NCBI GenBank assembly: GCA_031276035.1
Contig: JAISNV010000001.1
Coordinates: 140,062-204,061 of the forward strand
Origin: Bacteroidales bacterium
GTDB taxonomy: Bacteria; Bacteroidota; Bacteroidia; Bacteroidales; BM520
DNA: 64,000 nucleotides
Direction of reading: 5' to 3'
Below, piece after piece: positions 53,948-61,932 of the stretch. A model generated the notes under the pieces. It did no database searches and was not told where the DNA came from. It saw only the letters and a program-made list of their open reading frames with translations. A program made the translations under genes and the position numbers. Every line of letters starts with the position of its first letter. Within the stretch, counting starts at the first letter, position 1.

Positions 53948-53996
53948 CACTTCGTTTATACCGGGTATTTATAATTTTGGTTTAAAGATTAATTAC

Positions 53997-54069
53997 GGCC
54001 CCGTAGTTAAATTGGATAGAATGCGAGATTCCGGTTCTTGTGGTGGGGGTTCAAGTCCCTCCGGGGTCA
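53997..54069 (+). tRNA. tRNA-Arg (anticodon CCG)
   Basis: 73 nt. The acceptor GGCCCCG pairs with CGGGGTC (one G-U pair). The anticodon stem is CGAGA/TCTTG with loop TTCCGGT, and the T-arm is GGGGG-TTCAAGT-CCCTC. The D-stem has only 3 bp. Confidence 0.82.
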
Positions 54070-54084
54070 CTAACATATTTTTGC

Positions 54085-55068
54085 ATGAAAGTATCAGTAA
54101 TAGGTTGTACCGGTTTAGTCGGAAGTATTATTATCAAAGTATTGGAAGAGCAACAGATAAAAATAGCTGAGCTCTTACCTGTTGCTTCCGCAAAATCTGT
54201 CGGTAAAACCATCACTTTCAACGGACAGAAAATTAAAATAATTTCTGTTGAAGAAGCAATTGAGAGAAAACCGGATTTTGTAATTTTTTCTGCGGGAAAA
54301 GACGTATCATTAAAGTATGCCCCGATATTTACAGCCGGAGGTGCTACAGTTATTGATAATTCCTCGGCATGGCGAATGAATAAAGACATCCCTTTGGTTG
54401 TTCCGGAAATAAATATTCATACGGCTTTCAACAAAAAATTAATTGCTAATCCTAATTGTTCCACAATACAAATGGTATTGGCTATTCATAATTTACATAA
54501 AGAATTAAAGATAAAACGATTAATTGTATCCACATATCAATCCGTTTCAGGTTCGGGAGCTAAAGGCACAAATCAACTTTTTTCCGAAAGGTCAGGAAAT
54601 GAATGTACCAGCCCAGCATACCCGCACCAAATCGATCTTAATATTATTCCTCATGGCGGAGCTTTTCTTGATAATGGATACACTGAAGAAGAAATTAAAC
54701 TTGTTAATGAAACACACAAAATATTAGATGATCCGTCAATTCAAGTAACGGCAACAGTTGTTAGAGTTCCGGTTACCGGCGGACATTCCATTTCCTTAAA
54801 TGCTGAATTTGAAAAAGAATTTACTTTAGATCAAATCTATCATATTCTTGATAATACCAACGGAGTAATTGTAATGGATGATGTTTCAAAGAACATTTAT
54901 CCCACTCCGATACATGCTGAAGGTAAGGACGATGTTTTTGTGGGAAGAATCAGAAGAGATTTTTCGGCTCCAAATTCGGTGAATATGTGGATAACTGCAG
55001 ATAATCTAAGAAAAGGTGCCGCCACTAATGCAGTTCAAATTTTAAAAGAACTGATCAAAATAACGTAA
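54085..55068 (+). CDS. asd: Aspartate-semialdehyde dehydrogenase
   Basis: The start is taken at ATG 54085 ('MKVSVIGCTGLVGS', Rossmann fold), because the longer track ORF begins inside the tRNA. The active-site region is 'IANPNCSTIQMV'. Confidence 0.92.
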   Translation: MKVSVIGCTGLVGSIIIKVLEEQQIKIAELLPVASAKSVGKTITFNGQKIKIISVEEAIERKPDFVIFSAGKDVSLKYAPIFTAGGATVIDNSSAWRMNKDIPLVVPEINIHTAFNKKLIANPNCSTIQMVLAIHNLHKELKIKRLIVSTYQSVSGSGAKGTNQLFSERSGNECTSPAYPHQIDLNIIPHGGAFLDNGYTEEEIKLVNETHKILDDPSIQVTATVVRVPVTGGHSISLNAEFEKEFTLDQIYHILDNTNGVIVMDDVSKNIYPTPIHAEGKDDVFVGRIRRDFSAPNSVNMWITADNLRKGAATNAVQILKELIKIT

Positions 55069-55180
55069 TTTTAATAGAATTAAATTCATATAAACAAGTT
55101 TTGTTAACGTAAATAAAATCATATTAATACAATTACAGACAATGAGTAAAACAACAATAAACGAGTAAAATTATTTTCGT

Positions 55181-56098
55181 ATGAAGTATTATTCCGATAT
55201 AACTACCCTTCCTGAAATAAATAATGCGATTGTTGCCGTAGGCAATTTTGATGGCGTTCATCTCGGGCATAAAGCTATTATCGACAAAATGAAGGAAATT
55301 AAAGAGAAAAACGGTGGAAGCATAGTTATAGTTACTTTCTCTCCTCATCCAAAAAGCGTACTCTCCAACGAAGGAATAAAATATATCCATTCAAACGGCA
55401 GAAAAGCAAATCTTTTAGCAAAACTTGGTGTGGATTATCTTATAGATATCAGATTTACTTCAGAATTTTCAAAACTTACTCCATCGGAATTCATCAATAA
55501 TTATCTTGTAAGATATATTCACATGAAACATATTGTTGTAGGTTACGACTGTCATTTCGGTCCCGATCACAACAAAACTATAGCTGCACTTCAAGAATTA
55601 AGTAAAAAATATAATTACGATATTATCAGCATTCCGCCTGTGTATTACAATGATAAAATAATTAGTTCTACAGCAATCAGGAAAGCTTTGCAAGATGGAA
55701 ATATCAAAGAAGCTAATATGATGCTCGGCTATGAATATTCCATTTACGGAAAAGTTGTTTACGGACAGCAAATTGGCAGAACAATAGGGTTTCCGACCAC
55801 TAATGTTCTTATTGATGATGATTTAAAGCTTATTGCAGCAAATGGAGTATATGCATGTAAGATAAAAATAGATAATGAAAACTACTTCGGAATGTGCAAT
55901 ATAGGATATAGACCTACAGTCAACGGAAAAGATTTAACTATTGAAGCAAATATTTTTGATTTCGACAGAGATATTTACGATGAATACATCGGTGTATATT
56001 TTGTTGACAGGATAAGAAATGAAATTATCTTCAAAGATTTAGAAGCCTTAAAAGAACAGTTAAAGAAAGATGTATTATCTGCTATTAAAATGTTTTGA
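55181..56098 (+). CDS. ribF: Bifunctional riboflavin kinase / FMN adenylyltransferase
   Basis: 305 aa with 'AVGNFDGVHLGHKAII', 'ISSTAIRKAL', and the riboflavin-kinase half 'GRTIGFPTTN...GMCNIGYRPT'. Confidence 0.93.
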   Translation: MKYYSDITTLPEINNAIVAVGNFDGVHLGHKAIIDKMKEIKEKNGGSIVIVTFSPHPKSVLSNEGIKYIHSNGRKANLLAKLGVDYLIDIRFTSEFSKLTPSEFINNYLVRYIHMKHIVVGYDCHFGPDHNKTIAALQELSKKYNYDIISIPPVYYNDKIISSTAIRKALQDGNIKEANMMLGYEYSIYGKVVYGQQIGRTIGFPTTNVLIDDDLKLIAANGVYACKIKIDNENYFGMCNIGYRPTVNGKDLTIEANIFDFDRDIYDEYIGVYFVDRIRNEIIFKDLEALKEQLKKDVLSAIKMF

Positions 56099-56210
56099 AT
56101 ATAACCTCTTAAATTTAAACAATTCCTGAGAGTTTATTTCTTTTGATTAGGATTTTAATCCTTAAATCAATTCTTAATCGCCAAGGCATACAAAATTAAA
56201 GCAATCAATA

Positions 56211-57086
56211 CTATAACGAGTAAGTTTCCGCATCCGCTTTAACCTTCTTAACCAATCCTTGCAGAACAGTACCAGGGCCTACTTCATAGAATTGAGTTGC
56301 ACCGTTAGCAATCATATTCTGAACTATTTGCATCCATTTGACAGGAGAAGTGAGCTGATTTATCAAGTTTGTTTTAATGACATCCGGATTCTTAACCGGC
56401 AATGCATTCACATTTTGATAGATAGGACATTCGGGTTGTTTTATATTAACCTTATTAATAGCTTCAGCTAACCCTTCTCTTGCAGGCTCCATTAGAGGAG
56501 AGTGGAAAGCGCCGCCGACTTTGAGAGGAATAACTTTTCCACCGGCTTCATTAATAATTACTGTAGCTTTCTCAACACCGGAAATTGTACCTGAAATCAC
56601 TAATTGCGCGGGTGAATTATAATTAGCAGGAACTACTATATCATCAACAATAGTTTTCAATAATGATTCTATTTTTTCGGTTTCAAGTTTCATAACTGCA
56701 GCCATTGTTGAGGGTTGTTTTTCACAAGCCTCTTGCATAAGCATTGCCCTGCGAGTTACTAATTTAAGTCCGTCTTCAAAAGATAAAGCACCTATAGCTG
56801 TTAAAGCTGAAAACTCACCTAATGAATGGCCTGCAACCATATCGGGCTTAAACATATCTTTCTTTACAATAGAAAGGATAACAGAATGAAGAAAAATTGC
56901 AGGTTGAGTTACTTTGGTTTGTTTTAACTCTTCCTCCGTACCTTCAAACATAATATCCGAAATCTTAAAGTCTAGGATATGATTTGCCTTATTAAATAAA
57001 TCACGGGCTTGGGATGAAGAATCATAAAGATCTTTTCCCATTCCAGAAAACTGTGCCCCTTGTCCGGGGAAAATAAATGCTTTCAT
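56211..57086 (-). CDS. fabD: Malonyl-CoA-ACP transacylase
   Basis: The start is taken at ATG 57086 ('MKAFIFPGQGAQ'), since the longer ORF would overlap folE. The nucleophile elbow is 'AGHSLGEFSAL', and 'GGAFHSPLM' is also present. Confidence 0.94.
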   Translation of the reverse strand: MKAFIFPGQGAQFSGMGKDLYDSSSQARDLFNKANHILDFKISDIMFEGTEEELKQTKVTQPAIFLHSVILSIVKKDMFKPDMVAGHSLGEFSALTAIGALSFEDGLKLVTRRAMLMQEACEKQPSTMAAVMKLETEKIESLLKTIVDDIVVPANYNSPAQLVISGTISGVEKATVIINEAGGKVIPLKVGGAFHSPLMEPAREGLAEAINKVNIKQPECPIYQNVNALPVKNPDVIKTNLINQLTSPVKWMQIVQNMIANGATQFYEVGPGTVLQGLVKKVKADAETYSL

Positions 57087-57105
57087 GTTAATATTAATAT
57101 ATTTA

Positions 57106-57765
57106 TTAATGTAATTTTGTACCAATCAAGTGCATAAACTCTTCACGAGTTTCTTTTCTAAGAAAAGCACCGATAAAATCGGAAGTTGTAGTTACTGAAT
57201 TTTGTTTTTGAATACCACGCATAGACATACAAGTATGTTGAGCTTCAATAACAACACCTACACCTAAAGGATTTAAAGTGTCATATATTGCCTCTTTTAT
57301 TTCTGTTGTCATTCTTTCTTGCACTTGTAAACGTCTGGCAAAGGCATCAACAACACGAGCTATTTTGCTTAAGCCCACTATATGGTTTCGGGGGATATAT
57401 CCTACATGTGCCTTTCCTATAAAAGGTAGTAAATGATGTTCACACATAGAATATATTTCAATATCTTTAACCACAACCATCTGTTTATAATCTTCCCTAA
57501 ACATTGCCGAACGGAGCATTTCCTTAGGGTCAACCAAATTGCCGTGAGTAAAAAACTTCATTGCTTTTGAAATTCTTACCGGTGTTTTTAATAATCCTTC
57601 TCTTTCCGGATTTTCACCAAGTAAATGTAGTATTTCTTTATAATGATAACTCAATTTAGATATTTTCTCGGGATCATAAAGATTTTTCAAACCTGAATAA
57701 CCCTTCAGATCATCACAATCCATACCATCCTCCGAAAACAATGAGATATTGTCAATATCCGTCAT
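57106..57765 (-). CDS. folE: GTP cyclohydrolase I
   Basis: 219 aa with '[16 protein letters not shown]', '[10 protein letters not shown]' and '[14 protein letters not shown]'. Confidence 0.95.
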   Translation of the reverse strand: MTDIDNISLFSEDGMDCDDLKGYSGLKNLYDPEKISKLSYHYKEILHLLGENPEREGLLKTPVRISKAMKFFTHGNLVDPKEMLRSAMFREDYKQMVVVKDIEIYSMCEHHLLPFIGKAHVGYIPRNHIVGLSKIARVVDAFARRLQVQERMTTEIKEAIYDTLNPLGVGVVIEAQHTCMSMRGIQKQNSVTTTSDFIGAFLRKETREEFMHLIGTKLH

Positions 57766-57776
57766 TAAGAAATTAT

Positions 57777-58142
57777 TTATTCTATATTATTATTTTCTTC
57801 CAATTTCATTTTACAAGTCCCGACAAATACGGCACCTGATTCTATATATAATTTTGAAGTAGTTATTTCTCCTTCAAAAATTGCAGTAGATTTCAACTCC
57901 AATAATTCGGCAACAAAAATATTCGCCTTACATCTTCCTTCAATAGAAGCGTTGGCACATTCAAGTTCTCCTTCAATTATTCCTTGTTCGCCAATAATTA
58001 CTTTACCTTGAGCTTTTATTGTACCCTTAACATTCCCGTCGATACGAATATTTCCGTTTGTTTCAATATTACCGTTAATTACAGCGCCACATTGGATAAT
58101 ATTTGCGCTAATATTTTTTTCAATTTCAATTTCTTTTCCCAT
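57777..58142 (-). CDS. Bactofilin (polymer-forming cytoskeletal protein, CcmA/DUF583 family)
   Basis: 121 aa with repetitive beta-helix rungs 'G.I.G.I...G.V.I.G.V.G.I'. It lies 9 nt downstream of the TPR lipoprotein gene. Confidence 0.8.
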   Translation of the reverse strand: MGKEIEIEKNISANIIQCGAVINGNIETNGNIRIDGNVKGTIKAQGKVIIGEQGIIEGELECANASIEGRCKANIFVAELLELKSTAIFEGEITTSKLYIESGAVFVGTCKMKLEENNNIE

Positions 58143-58151
58143 AGCTTAATT

Positions 58152-60809
58152 CTAATCTCTCATTGATAATAACTTAGTATTAAAGAAGTAAATATAAGCA
58201 TCCAGATTCTTACTTCTATAAAATACCGGATAATTTTCTTGAGATATAACAAAATGATAATAGGCATCGGAAGGCAATCCCGCATATATATATTGATTTA
58301 CAATGGCATTCTCATAGAAGTCCAAAGCTTTATTACAATCAGTAAAAGATACAACAGTAACCAATTCATACTTATCGGTAAGCATTACCGAGTTGGATTT
58401 CAAATTATCTAATTTGTGATAACGCATCAGATAATCTGAAACTCTTGTTGTTGTGGCTTTGATATTACTTTTTGTATTATCCAGAACTAAAACATAAAAA
58501 TAGGTTGTATTGCATTTATATTTATACTGAGATACTTCTTGTTCGAATTTCTCTTGTTCCTGTTTTTCTTTTTCAATAGTAGCCATTGTAGCCGAATCCA
58601 TGACTACTTCTTCTCCTTTACCGAAATAATCTATCATATTCTGAGCTAAAGGTGACACTTCGCTATTCGAATATTTTTCGGTAATTTCCTTAAACTTAAT
58701 AAATGCCGATTCGGAATCTTCGTTTTTCGCAAGATCCGCCATAGCAGACATATAGAGGAATTTAGGAACAAAATCGGAATCATTCAGCTCAATCCCTTCC
58801 TGAGCATATAACTGTACAACATCAAACATTTTGTCTTCATAAGTAAGATATACGTCAGTATAAAGGTTTCTCGAAGCATCAAGTCTTTCACGCATCGTTA
58901 TTGCGTATGTAGGATCCTGTAGCAACTTTGCATAATCACTATCAGGGAATTTGGAAATAATATTAGACTTAGTTTCATTAACACAGGCAATATCTGTCAT
59001 CTCCTGGCAATTCATATATTTCATATAATATGAAAGCAATAAATATTTTGACTCGGGAAATCTTCTGATAAGATTATTAAAGCATTCATTTGAAAGTTCT
59101 AAGTCACCGAGCCGTTCCGAAGAAATAAAGCCCGCATCATATAGTGCCTTTTCAATCTTTTCATTCGATAATGCCATTTTCTCTTCTGTTAATGGAAGAT
59201 ATTGCAAATAGTATCTTTCATCCATAACATCGGTAATATACTCTGTTGTATCTGTAACTGAATCATCTATAACAATATCATCCAATTCATCCCATGAAAA
59301 TGATTGTTTATTTTTCAAGAACCAAAGGTCTTCTTGTTTTCTATTTCCCCAACGACGTTTAAACTCGCTAATCCCGCTACTAACCATTTGGTTATTATAA
59401 AAATACCAGTTATTAGTACTACCGAGCCGACCGGTAAGACGTTGATCTTCATATTGGCTAACTGTAGATGCACTAAAATCTCTCTGTTGCTGCATCTCTA
59501 TCTCTCTCTGAATTCTCTCCTGTTCTTTTAAGTCGGCAATAATTCCTCCAATAATAGCCATTCGTTTAGACTCATCCATAGTTGCAAGATTTTGAAGGCT
59601 GTCTTCCGTTTGAACTATCATTAAATTAGAAACCAAATCCGTAAGAATATTTGTTTTTTCTTTTATCTGAACATAATCAACATAATCCGTAGGTAAAAAC
59701 TGTACAGTTGTATCATAGTAAGGTTGAGATTCTATATATTTTTTTTGTTCAAAATAAATGTCAGCTAATTTGTAAGCTCCTAAAGCTTTCTGGTAATTAT
59801 TATTAACACTCGTAGCAACGGAGAGTGCAAGATATTTCATTTCAGATTGTTGATCACCGTTACGTCTTGCAACTTCGGCGAGAGCGTAATATATCTGATC
59901 ACGAAAATCCTTGTTTTTATCCTCTTTAAGCATTTTGTTTAATATTTTCACAACGTAAGCACCTTCTTTAGGATCAGCACATTGAGCCATACGTATCTTA
60001 GAGTTGAAAGTAATCATAAAATCATTACCCTTAGTCGATTTTTTAAAATACTTTGAAGCATCAGAATAACTCTCTTGCTGTTGATTAATTTGTCCCAGAA
60101 TAAAGTTAACACGTTGTTTTAATTTTTTATTTCCTTTATTTTGCTCAAGAGATTTTTCCAGATACTTCACTGCATCATCATATTTTTTCTGACTTAAATA
60201 GTAATCCGCATAAACAATAGGAAATTCTTTCTGAATACTTCTTACAACCTCAAAATTATTAATCAAAGGTTGCATATCTTCGAGGATTACTTGTGCTTTC
60301 TCAAATTCCCTATTTTGTATATAAGTTTTGGCAAGCCATAACTGTGCCTCATGCTGTGTTGTTTTATTAGGATAAGTTTTGATAATATACTGGAATGTAC
60401 GTCTGGCATTACTGAAGTCTTTTTGAAAGAAATAACTTTTTCCTATTACCATGTAACAATCATCAATCCACTTTATTTTTTCCTCACTATTAAACACCAT
60501 AGAATGGCGTCTAATCATAAGAAAACTTTTCTCAATAGAATTATCCAGATTCGGTTTCATAGACTGGGCTTCCTGTTTATTCCCATAATAGACTACAGGA
60601 ATTACAGACATAAAGTTATCAACTCCGTTATCCCGCATTTGCTTAACAGTAGTTTTTAGATTATCATTAGCATTCCAATAACCGTTATAATGTGTGGTAA
60701 GATTATGATAAGAGCGGCGTGTAAAAGTATTTTTCTTCGTAGAACATGAGGAAAACACAACCACAAGCATGATAACCAGCAGTGTTATTATAATATTTTT
60801 CGATTTCAC
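58152..60809 (-). CDS. Large TPR-repeat lipoprotein, possibly T9SS component PorW/SprE
   Basis: 885 aa with a lipobox 'VVFSSCS', followed by 'TKKNTFTRRSYHNLTTHYNGYWNAN', which I recall as typical of the PorW/SprE N-terminus. It has several TPR-like helices ('AQLWLAKTYIQNREFEKAQ', 'YDDAVKYLEKSLEQ'). The assignment rests on memory and was not searched. Confidence 0.5.
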   Translation of the reverse strand: MKSKNIIITLLVIMLVVVFSSCSTKKNTFTRRSYHNLTTHYNGYWNANDNLKTTVKQMRDNGVDNFMSVIPVVYYGNKQEAQSMKPNLDNSIEKSFLMIRRHSMVFNSEEKIKWIDDCYMVIGKSYFFQKDFSNARRTFQYIIKTYPNKTTQHEAQLWLAKTYIQNREFEKAQVILEDMQPLINNFEVVRSIQKEFPIVYADYYLSQKKYDDAVKYLEKSLEQNKGNKKLKQRVNFILGQINQQQESYSDASKYFKKSTKGNDFMITFNSKIRMAQCADPKEGAYVVKILNKMLKEDKNKDFRDQIYYALAEVARRNGDQQSEMKYLALSVATSVNNNYQKALGAYKLADIYFEQKKYIESQPYYDTTVQFLPTDYVDYVQIKEKTNILTDLVSNLMIVQTEDSLQNLATMDESKRMAIIGGIIADLKEQERIQREIEMQQQRDFSASTVSQYEDQRLTGRLGSTNNWYFYNNQMVSSGISEFKRRWGNRKQEDLWFLKNKQSFSWDELDDIVIDDSVTDTTEYITDVMDERYYLQYLPLTEEKMALSNEKIEKALYDAGFISSERLGDLELSNECFNNLIRRFPESKYLLLSYYMKYMNCQEMTDIACVNETKSNIISKFPDSDYAKLLQDPTYAITMRERLDASRNLYTDVYLTYEDKMFDVVQLYAQEGIELNDSDFVPKFLYMSAMADLAKNEDSESAFIKFKEITEKYSNSEVSPLAQNMIDYFGKGEEVVMDSATMATIEKEKQEQEKFEQEVSQYKYKCNTTYFYVLVLDNTKSNIKATTTRVSDYLMRYHKLDNLKSNSVMLTDKYELVTVVSFTDCNKALDFYENAIVNQYIYAGLPSDAYYHFVISQENYPVFYRSKNLDAYIYFFNTKLLSMRD

Positions 60810-60944
60810 TATAAAAATTCTAATTAGTTTATTATATTAACTAATAAACGGCAAATTTATTTTATTTTTTTTAATTAACAGCAAGTTTTTAATTAATTAA
60901 AAAAAAAATTTAGATATTTGCATTCTATTTTATCAAAAATAATA

Positions 60945-61832
60945 ATGAGCAAGAAGTTTCCTGAATATAAAAATAATTGGACGAATAAATTAAGGCAACG
61001 TTTAAGAATTGTTGTCCAATCGGAACATGACTTTCAAGAAAAGAGGCAATTTAATATTACTCCCATAAAACTAATTTCTTTATCCTTTGCCATTGTGTTA
61101 TTTTTCGTAATTATTACGGCTGCAGTAATTTCATTTACAAGATTAAGAGTTTTGATTCCCGGATATGCCGATCCCAGACTACGTGAAGATTTATATAATC
61201 TGGAGCAGAAAACGGATAGTTTAGACTTAATACTTAATCAGATATTACTTTATGATAATAATATCCGAAGAATTTTATTAGGGGAAGATAGTGCATTGAT
61301 TGAACGTACGGAAGATAATATTTCAATTAACAACACCAATTTTGAATATAGGATTTCCTCTGTTGATTCTGTTTTTAGAAGTAATTTCGAACATGAGTCT
61401 ATGTATAATTTACATGACAGATATGTTGATAAAGAGAAGAGTTTAAAAAGTTTCTCGTTTTATCCTCCCATTAAAGGTATGATTACATCTCAATTTAATG
61501 AATCGCTTGGCCATATAGGTACTGATATTATTCCTGTAGGCAGTGAGCTTGTAAAATCAATTATGAATGGAGTTGTAATATTTTCGGGTTGGACAGTTGA
61601 AACCGGTAATGTAATTATTATCAGTCACCAATATAATGTAATAAGTGTTTATAAACATAATTCCGTATTATTAAATAAATCCGGCGATTATGTCCGGGCG
61701 GGAGAAGCAATTGCCATTTGCGGTAATTCTGGCGAGTTAACAACCGGTCCGCATTTGCATTTTGAACTATGGTTTGAAAACAGACCTGTAGATGCCGAAG
61801 AATTTATTAATTTCGGAGGAGAAGGAAATTAA
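60945..61832 (+). CDS. M23-family metallopeptidase (murein DD-endopeptidase-like) with an N-terminal TM anchor
   Basis: The start is taken at ATG 60945, because the track ORF begins at TTG 60918. The TM is 'LISLSFAIVLFFVIITAAVISF' and the catalytic motifs are 'GHIGTD' (HxxxD) and 'GPHLHFELW' (HxH). Confidence 0.88.
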   Translation: MSKKFPEYKNNWTNKLRQRLRIVVQSEHDFQEKRQFNITPIKLISLSFAIVLFFVIITAAVISFTRLRVLIPGYADPRLREDLYNLEQKTDSLDLILNQILLYDNNIRRILLGEDSALIERTEDNISINNTNFEYRISSVDSVFRSNFEHESMYNLHDRYVDKEKSLKSFSFYPPIKGMITSQFNESLGHIGTDIIPVGSELVKSIMNGVVIFSGWTVETGNVIIISHQYNVISVYKHNSVLLNKSGDYVRAGEAIAICGNSGELTTGPHLHFELWFENRPVDAEEFINFGGEGN

Positions 61833-61878
61833 AGTTTGCCATTATCTGATTAGTTTCTAAATATTCAATTTATCAAAT

Positions 61879-61913
61879 AAAAAGGCTCTATCCAAATTGG
61901 ATAAAGCCTTTTT
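61879..61913. terminator. Bidirectional terminator between convergent genes
   Basis: The sequence is aaaaaGGCTcTATCCAaatTGGATAaAGCCttttt. It forms an 11-bp stem with one mismatch, with an A-run on one side and a T-run on the other. Confidence 0.65.
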
Positions 61914-61932
61914 ACATTAAATTAAAAAATCT

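Noticed and set aside
55133-55390. 85-aa minus-strand ORF
   Set aside because: It overlaps the ribF start region in antisense, and the ribF frame carries the diagnostic 'GNFDGVHLGH' motif.
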